This document shows positions 38,690 to 50,185 of a stretch of 64,000 nt of DNA, piece by piece. The position numbers were made by a program, and so were the translations under genes. Position 1 is the first letter of the stretch, and each line of letters begins with the position of its first letter. Under the pieces are notes generated by a model, which saw nothing but the letters and a program-made list of their open reading frames with translations, did no database searches and had not been told where the DNA came from. Origin of the DNA: Octopus vulgaris (lineage: Eukaryota); NCBI GenBank assembly GCA_951406725.2, contig OX597817.1, forward strand, positions 134,230,001-134,294,000. The letters run 5' to 3'.

Positions 38690-40203
38690 ACATTACAACG
38701 AATGCAATAACAGTTACGATAATAAGTCTTGTACTTCCTGCCGCATTTCCTCAAATGGCGTAGGTTTGTAATTTGGAATAGAAAAGTGCGCTGTATTGAA
38801 AATGAAATGAGGAAGATTTGAGAAAAGCCAGGGGATTGAAATGACAAACGGACAAACAATGAGAGCGGTCGAGAAAGGAGAGTGGTACTTGGGAATACTG
38901 GAAGACGACGAGGTAAAGAAAATGAAGAAATGATACAAATTGCCAGAGAATTGCAGTCAAAGCGAAATTCCAAAAACCTTATTGAAGCAATAAATTCAAG
39001 ACCAATACCCTTAATCAGATATGGAGTTGGAATTATAGACTAGACGGGAAACGATATAAAGTAACTTGAGAGAAAAAAACTAGGAAGTTGTTGACGCTGT
39101 ATGGAGCTCACCATTCGATCGCTGATATCAACCGGCTGTACTTGAGTAGAGAGCCGGGTGGAAGAGGTTTAATAGCAGTAGAAGAATACGTATAGAGGCT
39201 AATGAAAAGCCCAGTAGAATATTTACAGAGCAGCACAGAAAAAAACTACTAAAGACAGTGAATAAAGGACAGGTGATGAAGCGCGTAATAAGAGAAAATG
39301 ACAAGAATGAAATGCAGAGAGAGCACATGAGACAGATTGAAGAGAAACCTCTGCATGGCCCGTTTTGGAGAACCACTGAAGACGTATGTGGAACAAAATG
39401 CTGGGCTTTGTTAATTCTTTTAATTGCCATATTTTTTTTTTAACTGAGAAGATCAAGCGATGAAAAACAAACAACTTGAGAAAAAGTATATATGGAGAGA
39501 ATATGTAAGAAAAATGTAGAGTTTGTGGAACTTCGTACGAGACAGTGGCACACATTGTGGCAGAATACCCCAAATTGGCACAAGAAGTATATATGAAATG
39601 GAGACACGATCACGTTGTAAAAGTTGTGCACTGAAAACTGTGCCAAAAATGCCAGATTTGAAGCTGTAAACACATGGTACAATGATTGAGTCGAAAGAGT
39701 ATTGGAATTGGAGAAATGTAAGATTTTGTGGGACTTGCCTATTGAAATGGATAATAAATTAGAAAATGATAGACCAGACATAACAATTATAGATAAGAAA
39801 AAGCGAAGTTGCTTACTTATCGGCCCATCATTCCTGTCTGATTCCCGGATTGTAAAGAAAGAGAACGAGAGAACGAAAAACAAAACAACTACAATTCCTT
39901 AAAATTTGAAATAGGAAAAATTTGGAGCAAGCGAAAAGTAAAAGTTGTGCCTATAATAATTGGTGAGTTGGGAACACTAAGCCAAGATATAGACAAGTGG
40001 CTGAAGGAGATGGAAATCGAATGCCCGGTAGATCTCCTACTGAAAGTTTGTCTCTGGATGACAGCAAGAATTATCAAGAGGGTTCTAAGCACTTGAAAGA
40101 CTGCAGAAAACTTGTGGATACCTAAGGTTGCAAGTAGTAACCCGTTATCCGCATAATTCCTACCAGGAATAAGACCGAACCTGAGCCAAACGAAAATAAT
40201 AAT
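38690..40203 (+). mobile_element. 5'-truncated RLE-type non-LTR retrotransposon, R4/Dong-like
   Basis: CRVCGTSYETVAHIVAE..KLAQ..Y..RHD zinc knuckle; KILWD...DRPDITIIDK nuclease motif; VVPIIIGELG; ends in AAATAATAAT. Confidence 0.85.
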
Positions 40204-40206
40204 ACT

Positions 40207-40420
40207 TTCAAAGATTTGACACAAGGCCAGTAATCTTTTAGAAGGCGAAGTTAGTCGATTTCTTCGACTCCAATACTCAACTAGTACTTATTTTATCGAT
40301 CCCGGAATGATAATCGGTAAAGCTGACTTCGGCTGGAGTTGAACTCAGAACATAAAAACTTGGAAAAGATGCTGCTAAACATATTATTCGGCGCACTAAC
40401 AATTTTTCGAGCTCACTGCT
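40207..40420 (-). mobile_element. SINE family B copy, diverged
   Basis: GACACAAGGCCAG...GTACTTATTTTATCGA...TTGAACTCAGAAC. Confidence 0.7.
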
Positions 40421-40560
40421 TTGATGATGATGGAGATAATAATAATAATAATAAATAACAGTTTTGCTACTATAGTTCTATATTTAAGAGATGAGGAATT
40501 ATGTACATTATTTACTTTATTTACATTTGATGGATCTTTGTCCTCATCTTGTTTGTTGTT

Positions 40561-40606
40561 AACAAATCGTTTCGGCTGATATACCCTCTAGCCTTCATCA
40601 GGTGTC
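40561..40606 (-). ncRNA. Hammerhead motif in the inverted arm, partly decayed
   Basis: GACAC-CTGATGA-A-GGCT..AGCC-GAAAC-GAT-TTGTT. Confidence 0.6.
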
Positions 40607-40794
40607 TTGGGGAAATTTCGAACCTGGGTTCTCATTCCTAAGCCATACGCCATATGCCCGTGGGCATAGTGGTTAAGAGCGAGGGTTACTAACCCCAAGA
40701 TACCAAGTTCGATTCCAGGCAGTGACATGAATAATAATAATATTAATAATAACAATAACATCGAAAAATACCTTAGGTTTCAAAATTTCCTCAA

Positions 40795-40840
40795 GACACC
40801 TGATGAAGGCCGGAGGGTATATCAACCGAAATGTTGTGTT
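40795..40840 (+). ncRNA. Hammerhead motif in the direct arm, partly decayed
   Basis: GACAC-CTGATGA-A-GG..CC-GAAAT-GTT-GTGTT; stem I GACAC/GTGTT. Confidence 0.6.
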
Positions 40841-40899
40841 AACAACAAACATGATGAGGACAAATATCCATCAAATATAAATAATGTACATAATTTTTC

Positions 40900-40985
40900 T
40901 GATTGGAATCGAATAGTTGAGGCATCTCAAGACGGTTACAATACCAGTGATTGTAGGAGCATTTGGAATGATCAAAAGAGAAAGG
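40900..40985 (+). mobile_element. Small R4/Dong-like RLE C-terminal fragment
   Basis: Translates HLKTVTIPVIVGAFGMIK, paralleling VKVVPIIIGELG in the upstream element. Confidence 0.5.
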
Positions 40986-43712
40986 GAATCACACCTATTG
41001 AGAAGAGCATTGTCACTGTGAATTTTCTTCCCCCCTTTATTTTCTTTGTTTACTTTATTCTTTATTTTTCCTTTTCCCCCCTTTCTCTATCACATGTTTT
41101 TGTAAATGAACAATCTGGTGTATTTATTTTAATGGCCTACTGATGTATACAGTAAGTTTATCTGCCCTAGGTGTCAGGAAGACACTCGGCAAGAAATGGA
41201 ACAGAATTAAAAGATGCTAATGAAAATAATAAAAATAAATAAATAACAAAAACAATCCGTTATAATTAATGACCGTTGTCGGTCAATGATTCTTTTCAAT
41301 ATTTCGTTTTGATACTTTCTCTAATTTGCAGTCACGCTATTTGGCTTGTATTCTCTGCTACTGAATATCGAATTTATTTATAACGAGGTTGTATCTTTCT
41401 TACACGACAAAATGCTAGAATGCTAATATTAATAAAGAATCCTCCCCCACGAAAATATAAATGAAAAACATTAATAAAAACAATATACTGAATAAAATTT
41501 AAGGTAGAAACATTTTAAGACATTCCCGAAAATGATTAACATTGAATCTTGATTCTCATATTTTTATTTATTAATTAAAATATAAAATTTTTCAGTTTTA
41601 TCAAACACGAAAATATCGAAATCTTGGCATATGCCATTTGCACACGAAATAGGTCACAGAATCAAAGCAAAACACACACGTGTCAGATGAGTATATCGAA
41701 CTCTTTTAAGCGATTTATACATATCGCCCCTGCACGTTATTAAAATTCCACAATTTCCACTGTAAAACTTCAACCATAAAGAGACTTGACTAAAACCAGA
41801 AGACCCATGCAAAAACAAATAAAACTAAAATGTTAAGACTTAAGGTAATAAGAAGGTTCTTTAGTCACGGCAATTCACTTATTTTGCTTTAGGAACAGTA
41901 TACAAGGACGGCGTTATCCTTTGTCTCCTATTTATAAAACGATAGAGTACTATCAGAGAAAACTTTGGACCCTCACTCGAGCAGTTCGATCGATCTCGTA
42001 GAAGTTCCGATATTGGCTTGAATAAATACCAGTAGTTTATTCGGGTCGATTTTATTCGACCGTTTTTGTTTTACTCTGCTATGTATACTCCTTGTTTTAA
42101 TACTAGAAGCTGGTATTTTGCTAAATGGAAATACTTTCGCTCATCAGTTAAATTCTGATCGTTCTCGAGCATATTTTGTCGGTTGCTGGTACTTGAGTAA
42201 CTAATATCCGTACAGCTACCATTAATACTAACAATTACTAACTAGACAGTAAGTAACTCTCACGTAGGTAGCTAGTTAACCGCTCTCTTACACGTTAATT
42301 ACCTGCTCCTCTCACACCATGTTCAAAAGCTATATATATATATATATGCACACGCTGCTCTCATATACTACAGCAGCAATAAAACAAAACCAAAATAAAA
42401 TAGCTGTATATAATCATAAAAATGCCAGCTACTCACTATCGTCTCTCCCCCTCTCACCCCCTCAAAAAAAACAACAACAAAGCAACGGAGAAGTACTAAG
42501 TAACTGACTACCAAGCAACTATAACTAATATTGGAGAGAGAAGAAAATGCTTAGAATATGGAAAGAGAATCTCCTTAACTCACGGGGGTGGGGTGGGGGG
42601 AAACAGAGTAATGAAATAATAAAAAAGTAAAAATAATTTAAAAACTAGAATGAAATAATAAAGCAACAAGGCCAACACAAAAGATGTAGATATTTAATGG
42701 GACAACACAGCATGAAAATATCGACCGGTTTAAATATATTTCTCTCGCCATGTTGCATGCTGGAATGCAACGGCAGCTACCTCTGGCTCGATTTGCCGCA
42801 CCAGCTATGTTCCTAATAACACCACAAATGTAATGAAATCCGCCGAAAGAAATAATACCCAAAGAGAAAAGCTTTTGTAGAACAGCAGCAGCAGCAGCAG
42901 TACACCGAAATCTTTGTAAACCCATTCATCTGAACGAATTCTTATGTTTTTAGCGTGTTGCTTTTACTTTAGGCACTTGCCAAAATTTACCAGGTTTCAA
43001 AGCATTTCTGTCTTTCTTCTCTTCAGCAAATATTCCTCTTCTTTTCTCTCCCTCTTTCTTCTTCTTCTTCTTCCTATTATTATTTATTATACAACGTACT
43101 ATCTGCGGCATTTATTCTTTCTTCTCCCCCCCCCCCCCTCTTCGTTTTCTTTTATGAATTCTTTTCCTTGCTCTTTCTATTCCTTCTCAAACTGGTTATA
43201 TGTTTCGTTTTTTTCCTTCTCTATCCCTCTCTCCTTACACTCCTTCCCTTTCCCCCCTCATTACCAACATTGTCTCCATATGATGCCTCCCTAATTTTCA
43301 TTTGCTTTCATTTTCTTCCCATTATTCTCTTCCCTTCAATATTCTTCATCTACAACAGTTTTTTTCCTTCATCATTATCATCACTGTCATGTTTTTCTGC
43401 GCCATCATTCCCTGGGCCATATATCTTCCGACAAGCCTTTGCTGGTGTTTTATTCGCTTTACAAGCCATCATTTGTCAAAAACTCCATCATTTTTCGAAT
43501 GTTGCCGAATTAAGGAGCAACATTTACAGCTTATAAGCAAACAGGGAACGCGTTTGATAATCTCACACATGTTTCCAATATAAAGATCTAATTATATACG
43601 ATCAGCTCATATCTTCAGATGAATCGCATGATGCCTCTGATACGTTCGAGTCGAATATCAATTCATAAGGATATATGTACGTAGGCATGTTACGTTATGT
43701 GTATATCCTTTT

Positions 43713-43760
43713 ATATATATATACATACATACATATATATACATACATACATATATATAC

Positions 43761-43794
<34 letters not shown>

Positions 43795-43842
43795 ACATAC
43801 ATATATATATATACATATATATATATACATACATATATATAT

Positions 43843-43889
<47 letters not shown>

Positions 43890-43960
43890 CACACACACGC
43901 ATATATATGAATATACTCACACACACGCACGCACGCACGAATATGCACACACACACGCAC
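43713..43960. repeat. Compound (TA)/(TACA) microsatellite
   Basis: Low-complexity tract; source of spurious YI/HT ORFs. Confidence 0.95.
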
Positions 43961-44039
43961 GCTTGAATATGCTCATACACTCACACATATGCTCACGCAC
44001 ACACACACAAACATTCTATATATAATAAATGATGGAAGT

Positions 44040-44325
44040 AAAGGCTTGTGGCTAAGTGGTTAGGGCTGTCTGTTAAAGATCCTAAGTTCTTGAGTTCGAT
44101 ACCAGACGGTAGTTATACCCTTGGGCAAGGCACTTTATTTCACGTAGCTCCACTCGACTGAGCTGGAGGAAATGAGTACAGCAGAATAGGAAAAGGCTGG
44201 TCAGAGGACCAGTCTTATTCTGTATCACGCTGAATGTCCCTGAGAACTACATTAAGGGTACATAAGTCTGTGGAGTGCTCCGATCAACTGGAACCCACGT
44301 CATTGTAACAGACGGAGTGCCAGAT
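44040..44325 (+). mobile_element. SINE family C-related copy
   Basis: GTGGCTAAGTGGTTAG A box, GAGTTCGATACC B box, tail GTAACAGACGGAGTGCCA. Confidence 0.75.
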
Positions 44326-44519
44326 ATATATTATGTACCCTTAATATATATATATAAAGGGGAAGCAACAGATTGCTTAGCCACATACCGAAAAATCAGA
44401 AATAGCAGTCAAAGACTTTATTTCTATTTTCTACAAAAATGACTCCACATACAACATATCCATGTAAATCACATATGTAAAACAGAAGGAAAAAATAACG
44501 AAAACAAAGTCTAGGGTTA

Positions 44520-44579
44520 GTTACGGACGCGTTTCTGGATTAGAATTATAAATCAATTCATTTCCTTTCTCAGCGCAAC
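44520..44579 (-). ncRNA. Type-I hammerhead motif with GUC site
   Basis: GTTGCG-CTGAGAA-A-GGA..GAATT..AATTC..TCC-A-GAAAC-GC-GTC-CGTAAC; 6-bp stem I, palindromic ACGCGT stem III, one core deviation. Confidence 0.65.
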
Positions 44580-44921
44580 ATTCCACTCAGATTTCTCAAA
44601 TGCTATACATACCCTCCGCTTCCCGAGCCAGCGTCATCGGAATAGTAGAAGAGCATAGGCCAAATCCATATAGACGAATGAATTCGTACTTTCCCTCCAA
44701 AATTTTACTATGTGCGTCACAAAAATAGTTCCTTAGAAATAGAACTATGAATTGTCATAAGGGAGTGAAAAATTCCACACTATATATATATATATATATA
44801 GTGTGTGTGTGCGCGTGTTTTTACGCCTGCATGTATATGTATATATATATGTATATGTGCACGCCAGCACGTTTTCCGCTCGATGTGTTGATTGAGCTTA
44901 TGTCTATCCTATATTGATATG

Positions 44922-45044
44922 CGAGGGGTGGGTGAAAAGTCTTCAGCCTCAAAAAATCAAAACATGGTACAAGACTTCTGATGAAGGTACAACACTTCAA
45001 GTCTCGAAGGCCTTAAAGGCTCAAAACTTTTCATACACCCCTCG
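44922..45044. mobile_element. mariner-type MITE
   Basis: TIRs CGAGGGGTGGGTGAAAAGTCTTCAGCCT / AGGCTCAAAACTTTTCATACACCCCTCG, followed by TA. Confidence 0.75.
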
Positions 45045-45371
45045 TAAAAATACGTCTTTCTGTTAGTATATATGCGTCTATATCCATGCATACGAACCCA
45101 TTAACACATAACAATAGTGACAGAGACGGTTGACATTCAAAGTAATAACAGTGCAATCTGCTGCCTGTTGCAGTCGGGTAGGATTTGGTATTAACATCAA
45201 CCATGTTTCCTGCTAAAGTTTTGGGAATCCATGGAATCGAGAGCAAACAGAACCATTTTGCACCCTCACACGCTTGACCCCACAGAATATTCCAGACGTA
45301 GGAAGAGAGAGATTTACACTACAGTAGGAAAATGGGGGAGATTTTATCGACGTCAGAATAAAGTTAGAAGA

Positions 45372-45585
45372 AAGGCAGCGAGCTGGCAGAATCGTTAGCA
45401 CGCTGGACAAAATGCTTAGTGGTATTTCACCCCTCACTACGTTCTGAATTCAAATTCCGTCGAGGTCGACTTTGTCTTTCATCCTTTCGGAGTCGATGAA
45501 ATAAGTACCAGTTAGGCATTGGGATCGATGAAATCGACTATCCCCCTCCTCCAAATTTTAGGCCTTGTGCCTATAGTAGAAAAGA
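45372..45585 (+). mobile_element. Full-length SINE family B, uninterrupted
   Basis: AAGGCAGCGAGCTGGCAGAATCGTTAGC head, TTCAAATTCC B-box-like motif, tail GGCCTTGTGCCTATAGTAGAAAAG. Confidence 0.85.
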
Positions 45586-45938
45586 ATAAAAGTAGAAGAG
45601 ATGAATGTATGAGCGAGTTAGTGAGTATAAGTGTGCATATACATAAAACTTTCGAAGTCACTGTCAACAGCTTCCTTAAAAATATCTCTAATAATAACCG
45701 CATTAAATGTTGGGTGATTGATCGATTGTTTGATTTATTTCTCCAATCACGCTTCACTTCAAACAGAGAAAAAGCAAGAGAAAGAACCAGAGTGAGGTAA
45801 TGTGAACATAGGGAAGAGGTTGAGCTTCTCGTATCTTGACAGTAACTTCGAAAGTTTTATGTATATGCACACTTATACTCGCACACTCATACATTCAGCT
45901 CTTCTGCGTTTACTCTTTTCTACTATAGGCATAAGGCC
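45561..45938. repeat. Inverted repeat, ~105-bp arms, ~168-bp spacer
   Basis: 45561-45667 versus 45836-45938, e.g. GAGTATAAGTGTGCATATACATAAAACTTTCGAAGT / ACTTCGAAAGTTTTATGTATATGCACACTTATACTC. Confidence 0.9.
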
Positions 45939-46723
45939 ACATCTTTCTTTTAATGAAATTTAGCCGTGATAGATTTTCGATGGCGTAGACTGCGATTATG
46001 TTGAAGAAATTTAGGGGAAAAAAGTAACGTTTATTACAAATATACAAATGAGGAATTTGTTATATATATGTCGTATTGAATGTGATATTTTAAGGCAACA
46101 AATATTATTCTATGAAAAACTATTATTCATTTCATCACTCTGTATAAGCACCAAGAAATTTGCTAAAATTCAAATTATAATTATTGCATGAATATTTCCT
46201 GGTATTATCCATTTATTCCAGCTCAATTATGGCAATGGAAAATATCTGGAGCATCAATGAGGGTTACATCGTAGCAAGCGCAGTCCAAAGACCTCCAGCA
46301 GAGACACGTTCTGCATTGTATAAAATAGACCGACAGATTAAGTACAGGGCTTTAAAAGATTATCTTGAATCGATTCTTTCGACGAAAATCCTTCAAGGCG
46401 CTGCTCCAATATGGCCGCACTCTAATGACTGAAACGAGTAAATGATGAGTAAAATGATATATTACACTATTCTGGAGCTAAAAAAAAAACGCATTCAATC
46501 AGTCAAAAAACAAATATCATTTAATAAGCACGGAAAATAAATGTGAACTACTGAAAATTTCATGCTGAAAATTTAAAGGCTTCAGGCTGAAAAATAAACA
46601 TGTCTTTCTGCCTCAAGTACCGTAGGATAGTACATAGCACACTGTTACACGCCATTCTCATTACTGTACCTATCCGAGCTGGGAACATGCAGTAGCTCAC
46701 ATTTAAATTATGTGTTTATTAAA

Positions 46724-46763
<40 letters not shown>

Positions 46764-47699
46764 GAGACAGACAGACAGACAGAAGTTTGTAACCCTACAT
46801 CTCTGTATACAGGCATTATTACTTTTACATAGACATTATATTATACTTTATTTGCGCACACAAACATACATACATACATACATACATACATACATACAAT
46901 GCGTGTGTGTGTGTAATAAACGGCCCCAGGAGTTTATGTGTACAACTGAGATTGGATTGAATATCAGAATGGAAAAAAAACTAATAAGCTGCTGTCTTCA
47001 AGTTTCTTCCTTCGGATTCTGATTCTTAGCGAACGTTGCACGTTAATAATTACGCTCTCTTCTCTTATAATTATATATATCATCATATTTCGACATGTGG
47101 TAGATTTAATTTCAGTTTGGAACGCCTGAGAGAATGAATTAATTATTACATATGAGACCAGCCTCCTTCCGAGAAAAACAGATTCATATTTGATAAATGG
47201 AGAACTAGAAAGGAAGCATCGAGATAAAGGAAATGAAAGGCAAATTAAACTCGCTGAAAGAAATAGAATAGGAATATTTAAAATCAAAACAACTTGTGAA
47301 GAGCTAGATTTATTTGTTAAGCAGTTTCAATTGTTTTTCTAAAGCAACGAAATGATTCCGTAATTATATGAATTAGTGAGATACCCTGAGGTAGAAACAC
47401 GAGTATAATTGCCAGGGTGGGTGGCCGTGTCAATAGCGATGCGGATATTAACAAGGAAATGCAGCTTTACTATCGATATCGTGTGCTGTTGATATTGTTC
47501 TCGTCTAGCTCAAGGTTAACTAATAGAGTGGATTTATGATGAAAGAATTCCAGTCGTGACCACCCCATTTTAAGGGTGTGGATAGGACTACCTTTATCTA
47601 ATGTTCTTCTTATTTTAAGCATCAAATAGAGAGAGAGGGAGAGAGAGAGAGGATGTGATAGAGTTTTCAACACTGTTTCTAGCAGATCGATCTTGAAGT

Positions 47700-48000
47700 T
47701 CACTTTGCAGTCTTTTGTACCTCTGGTTCAGTTCCGCTGCGTAGCATTTTGCGTTGGAACTGATCGAGGGGGAAAAACAACTACCTCCATTCCGTTCGAA
47801 GGCAATACTTTTTGTATTTTAACCTCAAGGAAAGTATCTCTGGGCGAGTCATTGTGATGGTATTTGCGTTTCACCTCTACCATGACAACCAACATTATTT
47901 CTTTGTTAAGTTTGGAAGCTGACCCAACGGAGAGTAGTTCAAAGTACAAGACATCTTCAAGCGGTTTAAATTTACAAGTCTCCGATATCCAAGTGGCTAA
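47700..48000 (-). mobile_element. Old mariner transposase relic
   Basis: VLYFELLSVG...HHNDSPR...GMEVVVFPPRS resembles VIYYELL..G...HDNARPH...GWEVL.HPPYS. Confidence 0.4.
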
Positions 48001-48659
48001 AATATGTCAACATAAGAGCACTCAGAAGTCGTGACCTAGATGTGGCCCGATCCCCTAAGAGTGTAAGAAGGTAACGGCCAAAACATTTGCCTGAGAGGGG
48101 TTTCGTCTGTGAAGAACTTATGCTATTAAAGCGCTCTTGAAAGTTTTTTTTTTTACGATTGAGCCATGCTTTCTGAGAGAAATTTCGTACAGGGAATGTT
48201 TCCGAAAGCGTGCGCACACACACGACGAGCTTCTTTCAGTTTCCGTCTGCCAAATTCACTCACATAAATTATGTAGTGCCACTCAATGGGACTAAACCCG
48301 GAACCATGTGGTTGGGAAGCAAGTTACCTGCTACACAGACACGCTTTCACCTATGTATAGATTTCTAACGGAATTTCCTGAATCTTCATCTAAGGACACT
48401 CATTCCTAGCGATGGCGTTGCATGTTGTTTTAGCAACATCATAATACTACAGTATGTAAAAGACTTGATTATATTTTGGTGCAGCCTCAGAGCATAATAT
48501 GTTCCACTGAATGGTGACATAATCGACATTTTCTTTTACATCTTGAGATTTTTATAAACGTCATTGCCCCTTTTGTTCATTTGGAATTTTGTAGCCATTT
48601 CTGTCCTTAGCTTCACAAAGAATAATCTTTAAAATATAACAACTATGATTCGATGACAG

Positions 48660-50185
48660 GCTTTCAATTCTTGACACAAGGCCAGTGTTCAAATTTTGAC
48701 ACAAGTCTAGTGATTGGGGTGCTGGAGTGGTGCAAGTCGATTACATCGACCCCAATACTCCACTGGAACTTGTTTTTATCCACTCCGAAAGGACGAAAAA
48801 GCAAAGTCGATCCCGACAGAATTTGAACTCAAAACGTGAAGATGGACGAAATGCCGTTCATCATTTTGTCCGGGGCACAAGCGATTCTGTCGACTCTGCT
48901 TCCTGTTAATATTAGCATCACCCAAAGGGCAGCGAACTGGCAGAAGCGTTAACACGCTGAAATTTATGCTTAGTGGCGTTTCGTCCGTTTTTGCATTCGG
49001 AGTTCAGATTCTGTCAATCGGGGGGGGGGGAGTCAATAACATAAGTGTTATTTGAGCACTGCGATTGGTTCAATCGAACGACCCCCTCCTCCAAAATTGC
49101 TGATCATGTGCCAAAATTTAAATTCAATATTGGCATCACTGAAGACTACACCTTCAAAGACCGTTTTAACGAATTCACTTGGAAATGGAGAATATGTGGT
49201 GGTTGAAGGAATATACAGCATTTAGCTAGGGATGTAGAGTGTTCACTTATACAGAAAAAGAATTGCTCTGTAATCTACGATTGAACACGTCAAGATGAGT
49301 CGTTTGGTTTGCTGAGAACACGAATTGTCACAATCATTTATTCGTCGCTCGCAAATGACGGTGGAGTATGATTTATCACGTTTAAAATGTGTCAGTTTCC
49401 TTCTGAAGTAAAAAAACAAATATCGTGATCTGATTTCATTGTTACTGAACCGTTGTAGGAAAGCAGTGATTAGATCAGAATAATTAGTGGTTGATTAGCG
49501 TCTTCATTTTATTGACCTCTAGAGAGATGAAAGGCAAAGATGACCTCGGTGAGAAGTTAACCCAGAAAAAACGCACACACAAAACAAACAAAAAATATTC
49601 TAGAAGCGATGATGAAAATAAATGAAGTCATGGTAAGTTCATGCGTAAAAGTATTTACATTCGCAAATCATATACATTTCGTATTTTAGTTCTAAAATGT
49701 ACAAAAATCTAATTAAAAGATATTTAATCGGTGAACTGCTTTTGGGTTGAATTGGCAAGTTCCTAGTTTTTATTGTGGCTGTTTAATAAAAAAGAAACTG
49801 CTCTAATTTCAAATATTTCGGTCAGCCTTTTGACTGCTACTTTCGATCCCGAAAGAATGAAAAGAAAAGTTAATCTCCAAGGAATTTGAACACAGAAAGA
49901 AAAGATCCAGAAAAAATGCATAGAAATTTGTCTGATATAAACGTTTCTGTGAGTTTGCCACAATAATAATGGTTTCAAATTTTGGAATGGAACCAGCAGT
50001 TTTTGAGGGGAGGGGAATAATCGAACCCATGGACCCTAGCATTCAAACAGTACTTATTTTTTCGAGCCAAAATGATGAAAGGCAAAATCAACCATGGCAG
50101 AATTTGAACTCAGAACGTATAGACGGGCGAAGTACCGTTAAGCATTTGTCTGGTCTTGTAACTGTTCAGCCGGCAAATATGGCAT
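48660..50185. mobile_element. Cluster of diverged SINE family B copies in both orientations
   Basis: Core motifs at about 48690-48900 (-), 48927-49125 (+), 49500-49560 and 49970-50185 (-). Confidence 0.65.

Larger units (their letters stand above)
40473..40895 (+). mobile_element. tRNA-headed, hammerhead-bearing non-coding element preceded by an inverted copy of its 3' part
   Basis: Inverted arm 40473-40642; A box GGCATAGTGGTTAAG 40663-40677; B box AGTTCGATTCC 40706-40716; (AAT)n; direct arm to 40895. Confidence 0.8.

Noticed and set aside
40660-40730. tRNA gene
   Set aside because: A and B boxes present but no complete cloverleaf or acceptor stem; treated as a SINE-type head, as are the other SINE heads
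42130-42152. CTGATGAGCGAAAGTA on the minus strand
   Set aside because: No room for a stem II loop and no stem III pairing; likely chance
42638-43583. ORFs with poly-Ala or F/L/S-rich content
   Set aside because: Derived from a short (CAG)n and a polypyrimidine tract; no splice or homology support
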